DNA of 61,558 nucleotides, counting the filler, from Hausera hauseri (taxonomy: Eukaryota): assembly GCA_046269625.1 (NCBI GenBank). It is 9 parts of 9 records of this genome, joined end to end, with 100 filler letters (N's around TTAATTAATTAA, not from the genome) between each part and the next. Parts side by side here need not be neighbours in the genome. Positions count along the whole stretch, not along the records: positions 10,929 to 15,676 come from JBJURY010451024.1; positions 15,777 to 19,816 come from JBJURY010801201.1; positions 19,917 to 31,030 come from JBJURY010124428.1; 6 more parts are not named here. One strand, written 5' to 3'. Below the pieces are notes generated by a model. It was not told the origin of the DNA. It did no database searches and saw only the letters and a list, made by a program, of their open reading frames with translations. Within the stretch, counting starts at the first letter, position 1. Each line of letters begins with the position of its first letter. Made by a program: the position numbers and the translations under genes. Shown piece by piece: positions 11,751-22,429 of this stretch.

Positions 11751-14083
11751 CTAATCATCATTCCCATTGTTTTCATATTCTACATCCACCTCCAGTATGT
11801 AGCCCGTATCTCCATTGGGACCTACATCTTGTACTGCAATGTCCTCGGGATGCTTGACCCATTGGACGTTACCATACGACATTGGGGCGCTCATTGCCCA
11901 TCCATAGAGGTTGTTTGCATTAAAGTATGTGATATACGAGGATGGCTTTGATGCGTCATATTCGGCCACGTACTTGTTGGCATCACTATACATATTCCGC
12001 TCCTAATGCCTCTCGATCATGAGCTCATATAATAATCCCTCAAGATTTGCAGTCTAATACCGGTATATCGCAGTATAGCTGCCAATCTCATTCCCGGAGT
12101 TGTGAAGAAATGAGCAGGATCCAATTTGTGGCTTGCACGTTTTACTTATCGCAAGCTTTCAAAGACATCCGCCAACAGCGGCACATCGGTTTGGAGATGT
12201 CACTATATTCTCCTATTTTCCTACATTTTAATGCTTCCCAGACCTTTTGTGCGTGTTGATAATCCGCATTGCTGTTATCACTGTCTGAAGGCTAACTGTA
12301 AAAGTCCTTGTTGGTCGGCAATGCTGTTTCATCCAGTGATCCCCATGATGTGATGTAATCATAGGGAAACACTCCTTTTCTTTTGACCAAGTCAAATGTA
12401 GTTGGAAAGAACCGCGTCGTTTTCTTAAGTTCTTCTGATGGAAGGTTCTTCACGAGGCTGTCAACTGAAGATAGGAATCGGAAGCTGTCTATGAAGCGGA
12501 ATCTGACTTTCCCGACATATTTCGTAAAGATGACATGTTTCTCTTCACTGCTGGGAATCACATCGGTGTTACTCTAAGTGCTTACCAATACTCCGACTAT
12601 GAAATGGAAATCATAGCCAGAGATTGTGGAATACTATAGACACAAATGTAACTATTCTACAATGCAGATAACGTTTCAGGCTGTGCCTCGATATTTGCCT
12701 GTAAAATGGCAGTGATCCTTGACTTTGCAATTCTCCGTTGTGAAGGATTTGGAGCACAAGTAGCATGTTGTTGCCTTGCGCCATTCTTCTTGCTTCTATG
12801 ACACGGTCATTTTATCCAAGTCCTTATGCTGCTGCAACACAACTTCAATCCTATGGGCTATTTCTTCTAATCTCTTCATAAATTGTGCTGCTGCATTTGG
12901 ACCCCTGAATAGAAATGGGTCCTTGTCCAGTCCTTTTGCATACATACAATATGAGAGTTCGTGATATTAGTATGTTGTTGTGCTGCTTTGTTGCGGATTT
13001 GGGCTGCAACTCTGAACTGGACTCAGGATTGCTTTAAAGTCGCAATAGATGACTATTGGAACCTTGAGCTTCTTTTCGAACTCTTTAAATTCTATATAGT
13101 CCTGCTTGGGGAATTCTGTCCTGATATAATAATTGTTGTTGCAATGCATATTGTGCTCCACAAGCTTCTCCACAGTGTATAGCCACCGAAATGGGACAGA
13201 CATCTTTTGCAGATTTCAAATCTTCCATGTTTGTTTGTATTTGGGATCTTACTAGACGCTCAAAGTTCTCGATCCAAACGAAATGTTTTTTTCTCCATCG
13301 CCTAGCAGGAGCAGATCCCTATGAACTTCCATATTCGGCATCACATATTTGTAGCATATAGAATTTATCCTTCTCCAATCCAAAGATATTGATGGATATA
13401 TTGTTGAGTGGCCCGAACTTTTTGACTTCATCTATGGATAGTAAGAACGTAATGCATTGGAAGCCGTAAGTGTCCTGCAGATAATTTTACAACCAAACAC
13501 GACATGCATGTTTTTTATCCGGTATGGGTTTTGAAAGAATGGATTATTTGAAACAGCATCTTCATTATGGACATTGATGCATGCCTTTTTTTCTAAACAA
13601 TCCATTCCGGAAAATGTATATAGGAGCTGCCCTGCATGGGGAAGTACTTCTGCACAGACACAAGCAATCTTTTTACGGTAGCCAGAGTCCATCCACTCTT
13701 CTTGTTCTGGCTCTCCTCAACTACATGTATCAGTTTCGCGTGTTCTTCGTGCAGCCATTCTGAAATATTAGTGGCTTCCAATATTGGCCTATTTTTAGTC
13801 TTGAAGGCCCAATTTGATTCCTCGTCATCGACATTGGTTAATATGGCCTCTAATTTTAAGTTGACTTTAAAGGCCTTGAGCTCCACCATGTCTTGGACAA
13901 TCCCCATGGTTTCATCATTTGCATATTCCAGAAACTCGGAGCGTTGTTTGATAAGTTGCAGATGTGACATCTGCGGACTTTCATCTTCAATGCTGCGATA
14001 TCAATTGCTCGCTGTCTGACTTTTTGATGGAGAATTTGGAATGTCTGCGCTGTGCGTTTTAATCCTGTATGCTGCTGCGCCAT
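11751..14083 (-). pseudogene. Second Polinton/adintovirus-type pPolB, fragmented and 3'-truncated
   Basis: KVNLKLE, AFKTKN, SGWTL, GSSYI..P.WI, IYCDFKA, DHCHFTGKYRG (~12700), RFIDSFRFL, KGVFPYDY, YFNANNLYGWAMS, GYILEVDVEY. Confidence 0.88.
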
Positions 14084-14789
14084 TGATCAAGTGTGTTGCA
14101 TCAAGATGTGCTGCGTTGAAGTGTGTGGAACTGGTTGTGCAGCAGGATTATGTTGCTCATTGAAGATCGTCTCCTTGGACTTTGACTTAAAGTCTGTCAA
14201 ATGAGCATTGTAAATTTCATAGTTCTTGTATAGTGCACCACATGCAGTTTCATATCCTGGACAAATAATATTGGATCCGGTTGAATGTGTGTCCGTCGTA
14301 GCGCTGTATTGTATCATGGCAGTTCTGCGGATTGTGTTGTGGATGTGCAATACACATAGGAACCTCAGTTTTGAATTTTTTGTGGAGCGTATGACGTCAT
14401 CGGCATATTCTTGAATGTCTCTTCGACATCGTAAAGCAAGTCAGATGTTGTATGTTGGGAATGTAGAATTCCTCATAACTGGTTCGGCACACTACCGCAC
14501 ATTTAGGACATACATAGGATTCAGTCCTGTTGTAATTGTGGCAATTCTGCGTCTCATGAATCTGCGTAACAGTCTTTGTATAATTTGCAATTCTTGGAAG
14601 TGATTTCTGAAATAATGAAAAATATAACCATGTCAACCCGCACTGTCTATGTTTATCGATTTTGTAAATTCAAATTTTGAATTTTATTGATTTTCGAATA
14701 TTCCAGAACAATTTGTTTTAATGCATAAATTACATGAACTTTCCACTAAATTTGATGTTTTTATTGAAACCATGTACTGCACAGTGCCT

Positions 14790-15270
14790 ATTTCGATTTC
14801 TTTATAGGTTTTCATATATGGGGAATCTATTGGACCCATCAGATTCTTCAAATAATTTATGGATGACCGAGTTTTTGAGTTCGAATAGCTAAATATTCGA
14901 TTTGGAAACTTATTTTCAAATATCTGACGTCATATACCGATTCCTCATATATTGCTTCCTATCCAACCCCGCTTAAAGAATTTTCGATTTCTGCTTCATT
15001 GAGCATAAAATGTGCATTTTGCCTAATTCGATTTATTGATTTTTTAACTATATATTACATTTTCATTGAATAATTTAAATGGTTAGAGGTTTTGGCACAT
15101 GGGGAATCGGTTGACGTCGTCAGATTTTTCGAATAGTGCTTAGTTCGATATTCGGTCAAACAATTTTAATTCGAATATCTGACTTCAAATTCGGAATCTT
15201 CATACATAGTTTTCTATCTGTCCCCGTTCAATGTATTATTGAATTTTGCTTCCTTAAGGCGGAAAAACCT
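14790..15270. repeat. Two diverged ~270-bp tandem units, each with an internal inverted repeat (MITE/satellite-like); boundaries approximate
   Basis: GGGAATC.(G/A)TTG....TCAGATT at 14821 and 15102; AATATCTGAC..CA.AT.CG.AT..TCATA at 14919 and 15174 is its approximate reverse complement. Confidence 0.5.
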
Positions 15271-15323
15271 ATGTATCTACTACCCCACTAAATTTTCGAA
15301 TCGATATTATTCGAAAACCATGT

Positions 15324-15449
15324 GAGTAACTATGACTCTCCTGTGGTATCCAAATGCCTCGTCATCAAATTAGTGACATGCATGAATGGATTAACGAGAT
15401 TCCTATTGTCCCTATCTACTATCTAGCGAACCTACAGTATCGGGAACGG
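15324..15449 (+). rRNA. Short, diverged 28S (LSU) rRNA fragment (pseudogenic)
   Basis: GAGTAACTATGACTCTC..GGTA.CCAAATGCCTCGTCATC.AATTAGTGAC..GCATGAATGGATTAACGAGATTCC.A.TGTCCCTATCTACTATCTAGCGAA matches the conserved eukaryotic LSU domain IV core; flanks are not rRNA. Confidence 0.9.
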
Positions 15450-15676
15450 TCGAAAAAAATTTTTTGTTAATGAACCATTTAGGCATTATTGGTTCATATT
15501 GGAATTATCGGAAAACCAATATTATTGATTTCCTCCCATTTGCATTTGTGCACCTTCAGTGTACTGTGCACAAATCGATGTGTACTGATGTGCACTATCG
15601 ATTATCACTTTATCCTGATCGATTCGATCAATACTGCTCTGTGCAGCGATCAGTGTGAAAAGTGCCATAGCAACGG

Positions 15677-15776
15677 NNNNNNNNNNNNNNNNNNNNNNNN
15701 NNNNNNNNNNNNNNNNNNNNTTAATTAATTAANNNNNNNNNNNNNNNNNNNNNNNNNNNNNNNNNNNNNNNNNNNN
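15677..15776. other. Artificial contig linker
   Basis: N44-TTAATTAATTAA-N44. Confidence 0.98.
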
Positions 15777-16227
15777 AAAAGTGTAGACACTAACTCTACA
15801 TTTCTCTTCATTATATGCCTTATGTAGGCGTGAAATGGGCTTTCCTTAATAAGTATGTATGTCTTATATAAAGCATTAAGGATGGTTTATATATTTATTA
15901 GCGAAGACGGGAACGAAGTCATAACCAGAACATCATAAACAGCTGTGTGATATATAGCGTTAAAGAAGTTGGTAAAACAAGATAAACGTCCTTATGAGAT
16001 CTACAGAGATGATCCTATATTCAACCAAGGAAACGAACGTGAATTATTGGCAGTAGTAAAAATTGTCATGAGTGTATTGGCATGAGTGTACTCATCAACA
16101 GATGCAAGAAAAACAGATATAGTAGCAAACATATCACCTTAAATTGGTCTAAACGTACACAGAGAAAACACTACAGTTCTCAAAATAAATACAGCAGTAG
16201 TGTAGACGTCGGATCGGACGCGTATTT

Positions 16228-16343
16228 CAGGTGGCGCTTTTGTGGCGTTAAATGACTTATATAGAGAAATATCCAGGTGGCGTTAATTGACTTATATAGA
16301 GACATATCCAGGTGGCGTTGGTGGCGTTCTTGTCGCCACCTGC
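16228..16343. repeat. 35-bp tandem duplication within a GTGGCG/CAGGTGGCG motif cluster
   Basis: GTGGCGTTAA(A/T)TGACTTATATAGAGA(A/C)ATATCCAG at 16242 and 16277; further (CAG)GTGGCG copies on both strands. Confidence 0.8.
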
Positions 16344-17076
16344 CGGGGTAAGGGGCAGACAACTCTTTCATATTTGTTTTGGTGGTGCTATTGACACCTC
16401 CTATTTTTAAAATTAGTTGTTAGGGCAAATACCCGCCCGTTGTTATGAGTGGTGAGGCAGTGCCGGCTGGTCCCCCGACCGGTCATCATCCTCCCGGGTG
16501 CCGCATCGACCACCACGTGACTGAGATCTCCATTCTGGTCGTCGTCCGTTGCGTCATCCTCCCTGTGGCCGGGTCACTCGTGACTTGTGATGGTAGGTGT
16601 TGTTTATTTTCTCTTTCTTTTATTTCGTAATTTTATAACACAATTCTTTCATTTTTAGTGCACGTCTTCAATAAAATACTGCCATTTATATGACAACTAC
16701 AATATCACATAATGTGCCTTGATGACAGTTTATATAGACGTAATTACATTTTTGTATTACAAGGTACAGTTGTCCATATTTTAACACTGCGACTACACCT
16801 CGAATTTATACTCGTCATTTATTGAGTTACACATTTAAAGAAGTTCAGTAGAAATCATGCATCATACCTAATTTACGTCAATAAATATAAATGCAGTTCA
16901 CCTATCCAGTGAACTACTGGGTAAATTTAGCAGGATTTGCACAAAAAATAAAATTGTACAAAATTAACCATATGAAATATTTGGTTTTCCTGTATTACTG
17001 ACAAATTAATAAGTAACGAAAGATCAGCAAATTTTGATTGAAAATATGACAGGGAGAATTAGATCGAAAAGTCTGT

Positions 17077-19320
17077 TCAGAGCATTTTCAATAAAACTGA
17101 TCCCGTATGTTCTCTCCAGTACTTATTTCCAGAAATTGTATTTATCAATGTTGTACCATTGGAACACAATTTGATCAGTGGGATCATATAATCCTGAATG
17201 TCAAATGTAACCAAACTTAACTTTTCTATCAAACGATCAAAATGCCTTTGTTGATCACCATCAACAACATTATCGCCAAATGCTCTATTTTTCACCTCCT
17301 TATGATTCTGGTAAATCCATCGTTTCAATGTCGATAATCCATTGTTGGACTTCATGAGCCAAGATGTCAAATGCATCAAATCGTCCAATTTATAAGTATC
17401 CGATTTATGAGATCGACTTATCAAATACGAATTTAATAATTTTTCAATCAGATACGACTTTGATGTTCCAGAAAGACCCACAGAAAGTTGGTTTGATTCG
17501 ACATTGAATGAGTCATTGAAGTTTGTGAATCGATTCCACAAAATATCCCAATACTCGTATTTATCATTAAATTTCATTCCATAGTATAAAATGTCTTCAA
17601 TTAAATGTTTTGGCAATTCTGTACTTTCAGGAGTTTGAATCCACTGAAGGAAAATTTGGGAAATGCAGTCTAGAACTATCGAATTTTCAATGTCACAACT
17701 TAAACGTATTATCGTCATTTCATGAATTTCCTCTATGAGACTCAATGAATTTCTATTTTGCAGTTGTATCAAATCTTTTACAACAATCCTCGATATTCTT
17801 TCAATGTATTTCTTCCATTTCAAAAATATACTATCAGTTCTAAAGAAGTTGTACATCTTTATGAACAATCGATCGTAGAATATTCGCCACAGAATCGGGT
17901 CACTTTCTTTAAACAAATTGCTCATTAAATCCTTTGTTATGGACAAATTGAAAGTGCCCATTTCAGTGAAATAGAGACTATCATCATAAATGATAACTTT
18001 ACTGATTGGTGGAATTAAAGATAGATTGGATTGTAAATTAAAGATAATTCTTTCCCACAGAATGTTACTGTAGTTAACTCGTAGATAAGATCTCCCATTG
18101 CTGTTTAAAATAAAGAAATCATCCATTGCAATTTTCTGTTGAATTGCAAGTGAATTTGTGAAGTACAAAGGAGAATGACTCATTTTATCTTTTGTTATGT
18201 AGGCAACATAAATAGGCCACTTGTTAATTGTATGGCCCTCTTTGATTGATGGTGTTTGTCTAATGTTTATAATGTTATTTGTCGCATAATAATTGACATG
18301 TACAACTGGATACCCTGCATGATGTAACCATGGTTTAAAATAATCTTTCATTGTTGTTGCAAATGCTTGATTTTCTGGTCCGAATTCATCGAAAATATCG
18401 AATAATTGTTCCGTTGTTGGATTTCCTTTTCCATACTTTGCCAAATATTTTGTAATGGCCTTACGAAAATTTGACTGCCCCATTATCCAATTCATCCACA
18501 CAATTAAGTTATCTCCTTTGACATATGTAAAGGCGTTGAATGTTTTTCGGAAGTTTTTCGGTAAAGTGACATTTATTATTATTGGACTTGCTTTACGGCT
18601 ATTATCAAAGTCTAAAATGTATCGTCGGTCATAAGCATAAAATTGGTCTTTTTGACTTTCATTAAAATGCAGAATGTTGTAAAATGCTACTGATTCGAAG
18701 TAAGTAGCGAATGCCTCATTGATCCATATTTCACTCCACCAAGATGCCGTTATCCAATTCCCGAACCAGATGTGAGCTATCTCGTGACCAATTACCATGA
18801 AAGGTCTAAGACGTTTAGCCTGACTCGATCTATTAGAAACCAACAAATTTCTTTCTCTATATGTTATCAATCCCCAATTTTCCATGGCACCTGAAATAAA
18901 ATTGGGAATATAAATATGCGCCGTTTTTGGAAAAGGTGATGTAATATTGCAGTAATTTTCCAGAATCGTTTCTGCTGCAATTCCGTAGTTTAAAGCCAAT
19001 GTTGCACTATTCGATTCATTTTTCGGGAACCAAACTTCAACCGTTGAATTTTTAGTTCTTTGTCTTGTTATCACTTCGAAATTTTGAACCAAAGCGAAAG
19101 CGACTAAATATGTACTCATTGGAATTAAGGTAGGTTCGAATGTTGTTAATGTTGCTCGAACACCATGTGAATAGAACTCATCAGTAGAAATGTACTGAGT
19201 AGAATCAATAAAATGTTTGTTAGTCATTGGCATATTAGACAATGCCGTATAATGTTCTTCATGTATTATCGATATAGAATACGTAGCTTTAATGTCTGGT
19301 TGATCAAAACATGGAAACAT
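17077..19320 (-). CDS. M1-family aminopeptidase N, uninterrupted 747-aa ORF lacking the N-terminal region
   Basis: FPCFDQP, PMSTYLVAF, GAMENWGLITYRE, HEIAH-x18-E (HEIAHIWFGN...WINEAFA), YVKG, W..HAGYPVV, YLRVNY, ERAP1-like C-terminal domain. Confidence 0.93.
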   Translation of the reverse strand: MFPCFDQPDIKATYSISIIHEEHYTALSNMPMTNKHFIDSTQYISTDEFYSHGVRATLTTFEPTLIPMSTYLVAFALVQNFEVITRQRTKNSTVEVWFPKNESNSATLALNYGIAAETILENYCNITSPFPKTAHIYIPNFISGAMENWGLITYRERNLLVSNRSSQAKRLRPFMVIGHEIAHIWFGNWITASWWSEIWINEAFATYFESVAFYNILHFNESQKDQFYAYDRRYILDFDNSRKASPIIINVTLPKNFRKTFNAFTYVKGDNLIVWMNWIMGQSNFRKAITKYLAKYGKGNPTTEQLFDIFDEFGPENQAFATTMKDYFKPWLHHAGYPVVHVNYYATNNIINIRQTPSIKEGHTINKWPIYVAYITKDKMSHSPLYFTNSLAIQQKIAMDDFFILNSNGRSYLRVNYSNILWERIIFNLQSNLSLIPPISKVIIYDDSLYFTEMGTFNLSITKDLMSNLFKESDPILWRIFYDRLFIKMYNFFRTDSIFLKWKKYIERISRIVVKDLIQLQNRNSLSLIEEIHEMTIIRLSCDIENSIVLDCISQIFLQWIQTPESTELPKHLIEDILYYGMKFNDKYEYWDILWNRFTNFNDSFNVESNQLSVGLSGTSKSYLIEKLLNSYLISRSHKSDTYKLDDLMHLTSWLMKSNNGLSTLKRWIYQNHKEVKNRAFGDNVVDGDQQRHFDRLIEKLSLVTFDIQDYMIPLIKLCSNGTTLINTISGNKYWREHTGSVLLKML

Positions 19321-19322
19321 TC

Positions 19323-19495
19323 TGTATCGTGTAACTCGTCGAGAAAAACGTAATTCGAATTAAAAATTTCGTGACTCATTTTTCTCCAAGGCGGAAAATC
19401 GGGGTCCGTCTATGTGCCCGACTCGCCGGCGGGGGAAAGCCCGACCGTGTCCAACCGAATGGGCCGGAGGGCAAACGGTCGACGCTGGCACCACA
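19323..19495. mobile_element. 173-bp TGT...ACA LTR-like unit containing the conserved 109-bp GC-rich terminus (19387-19495)
   Basis: 19387-19495 is the reverse complement of 36336-36444 with 13 mismatches in 109 nt, no gaps. Flanks CATTC/TGGAC do not form a TSD. Confidence 0.75.
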
Positions 19496-19816
19496 TGGAC
19501 ATTGATGGATTTAACGAAACGGAATTCCAAAAAATAATAAATGAAGCTGAAGAAAGCGAATCGAATAAAAGTGGATGGACATTATCAGAAATCAAAGGAA
19601 CAAACATCAGACTGCATAAATATTCTCCAATGAGAGGCTCATCATATATGCCTTTGCCAGACTGGATTAAAAACAAAATCATGCATCAGCGTGCAGAATT
19701 ACACGAATAATCAGTGTTTCAAATACTCAATAGTGACAAAAATTCTATCAAACCAATATGATCAGCATCCAGAACTGGCTTCAAAATATGAAAATATTCT
19801 TCAGTAGTAGAAAATG
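19496..19816 (+). pseudogene. Third pPolB fragment (N-terminal region)
   Basis: EAEESESNKSGWTL..YSPMRGSSYMPLPDWIKNK aligns with EESQNKKSGWTL..YFPMQGSSYIHFPEWI of ORF 13593..13970; followed by NNQCFKYSI. Confidence 0.8.
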
Positions 19817-19916
19817 NNNNNNNNNNNNNNNNNNNNNNNNNNNNNNNNNNNNNNNNNNNNTTAATTAATTAANNNNNNNNNNNNNNNNNNNNNNNNNNNN
19901 NNNNNNNNNNNNNNNN
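19817..19916. other. Artificial contig linker
   Basis: N44-TTAATTAATTAA-N44. Confidence 0.98.
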
Positions 19917-20401
19917 GTACGTAATGTAATTGTTTGGTTTTGCTTATTCTCTGCATGCACTTGTACTATGTATTCAGATTGTGGTTTTAGTAAGTTGCAC
20001 TCTGTTTGATAAGTATTTATAAATAATGTTACAATTTGAATATTATATGTCGTTCGACAACTTATGTGTATATCGTAATTTTGTTTCTTCTCCACAAAGA
20101 ACACGATTGTGTACCGGTGCGCCGAATATTTGATAGATACGCTTTCCAACTCTGCTTTGGGTATGTTGCTCTCTGTAACAGTTTGAGTAGTGGGACTAAC
20201 CTTAGTAGTCGACTCTTTGGTAGTGGTTCCCGCTAAAATTCTCCAAATTTTATTTTCTGGATAGTAAGTTCGTAGTTGTATACTTGGTTTGTTAGGTCGT
20301 ACTTCATATAAGTCAATTTTTATTTTGAATTCTTGGTTCACGGATATTTTACAACATGGATGTTGCACACTTGCGGGAATAGAACAATATCTTATATTCA
20401 T
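19917..20401 (-). CDS. Post-integrase ORF fragment with Thr-rich stalk and fibronectin type III-like motif
   Basis: TTTKESTTKVSPTTQTVT followed by CNLLKPQSEYIVQVHAENK (FN3 signature L.P.T.Y.V.V.A.N); runs into gap. Confidence 0.5.
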
Positions 20402-21149
20402 GGTCGGTCAAATAGCGGCTTCGAAAGTGGTACTAATTTCTCAACTGACAGTTAGCTCAGTCCGGGCGTCTATCTGGATGCATTGCCTTGCCGTATTAAC
20501 TGAAATTCTCCGGATATTTTCACATAGTAGCTTTATATCTGGGTCAGTGAATCGTAGCATGTCGGCAGGTTTTATTCTCTAATGTCTGCTCCAAGCAGGA
20601 ATGACTAATTGGGATTATGGCTTTGTCTCGATGTAGACCTCGGATGAATCCGGTAAATATAGGCGATAAGTGGGATTATAAGTGCGTCAGAAATCTATGT
20701 CGCAACATTGAATATAGTCTCCAGGTTCAAAATAACATTTTTTCGCTTCTTTTGTTGTTACATCAAGTAAAACAATTTGAAATCTTCCGAAATTATGGTG
20801 CGGCCTCTAAGCCTTAAATCCAACACACACAGAGTCTGGCAAGTAATAATGAACAGTTATTGATTGTAATAATTTGGTATCTTCTTGTTTTTGAATTTCT
20901 TCAATTGTTGGTTTCTTTTCCGTTTTAGTAGCTTTCGATTTCAATCCGCTTTTCCGAATCTCATATATATCTCCTAGCTTAGATACATTGTGCCACCATT
21001 GAGTTTGTGTTCTCGAAATATAAGAAACAACTATTGAAGAAGCCTTGAACTCGCGTTGGCGTAAATTGTAAAGTTTATTGGGTCGTATCTCCGTCTTAAC
21101 AACTCTTTGCGTCGATACGACTTCTTCCTTTCCATTCTTGTTGATTTAT

Positions 21150-22285
21150 ATGGTGGTTGGCGTAACTCTGATAACTTCGTACGGTCCTCTGCCTGTACTA
21201 GTCAGTTTCAATGAGGTGCCTTTCCTGGCTACTGGATAATGTACATAAACCCAATTTCCTTGTTATAAATCGTGCAGTTTCGCGTTCTTATCATATTGCT
21301 TTTTAAACTGTTCTTAATACTCTTGAGATAACTCCTTAGCGATCTCCCAACATTTTTGTAATCGTGTCGGTAGCAATTTTGCAAAATTCTGTTCTAAATC
21401 CTCGGGATTGACTTTGTATGGCGTCATTTTTAAATCCGTGGGTAACACAGCTTTGCGTCCATACATCATCAAAAATGGTGTGAATCCTGTCACTGGGTGT
21501 GGGGTAGTATTAATAGCAAACTGAGTTCCTTCTAGAAATTCATCCCAATATTTTTGGTCTTTGGCTACTACCGTAGATAATATACGTATGACGGTAGCGT
21601 TCATTCGTTCGACCATATTGTTACATTGCGGATAATACGCGGTAGTAGTTAACCGTTCAATTTCAAATATCTTGATGACCTTCTCAAAGAGTTCACTAGT
21701 GAAATTTCTTTCTCGATCTGTCAGTATCTGCTCTGGAGGTCCATATCGACAAATGATTCTTCTTACTATACCTTCGGCTAAAGTTTCTGCCTTTTGATCA
21801 ATCAACGCTATTAACTATACAAAATTGGTTAATCGATCAATACAAGTCAAGATATACTTATTGTTCTTATGGGTCGTAGGAAGAGGCCCAACTATATCCA
21901 TGGACAAGGCTTGCATAGGTCTATCGGGCACATTAATTGGTCTTAATTCGGCCATGTAGTTTTTCGTCTTCTTTTGTTTCGTTGCGCATACTTCGCAGGC
22001 TTTTACCCAATTCCTTACATCAATAGGGATGCTAGGCCAAAAGTATTTATTCACTATCCTTTCTAATGTTTTGCGCCAGGACATGTGTCCTGCTAAATAT
22101 GAATCATGTTCCAACATTAGCACTTCGGTTCGTAAACCTTTTGGAATGACTATCAATTTCCTTCCTTTTCGTTCAAAATATAAAATGTTCTCGTTTCTCT
22201 TGTCATTTAGGACGCAGTATTTAAGCCCACGTCTGCGCAAATGTTTCGTTAACTGTCGACCTGTCGGTACGATATTTTTTGGCAA
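21150..22285 (-). pseudogene. Integrase (HHCC-DDE-GPY) of family A
   Basis: HDSYLAGH..CEVC, MDIVGPLP, ILTDRERNF, YYPQCNNMVERMN, GPYEV (~21180). Confidence 0.92.
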
Positions 22286-22429
22286 ATTCTATAATCTGGT
22301 GAATAATTTTATCTTTTCTTTGTTCTGAGGAAATTTTATTTGCTTTATCCACCGCTAAGGCGCGTTGGCAATCCAATATTGGTTCCAGTTGACTTTTCTT
22401 CATCACCGTAATTGCGCTCGTTTTAGTCT

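Noticed and set aside
14087-14636. Cys/His-containing ORFs upstream of the second pPolB as separate genes
   Set aside because: Too decayed; probably the zinc-finger N-terminal extension of the PolB, cannot be supported independently
16242-16311. Direct repeats as a CRISPR-like array (also 40397-40555)
   Set aside because: Tandem or irregular copies without unique equal-length spacers; eukaryotic context, no cas genes
16441-16640. TGTTAT...ATAACA segment as the distal end of an APN-carrying cassette or a clean solo LTR
   Set aside because: Flanks (CCCGT/CAATT) match neither each other nor the expected TSD TGGAC
19414-19710. 98-aa ORF MPDSPAGESP... as a novel gene
   Set aside because: Chance in-frame fusion of the GC-rich repeat terminus with a PolB fragment
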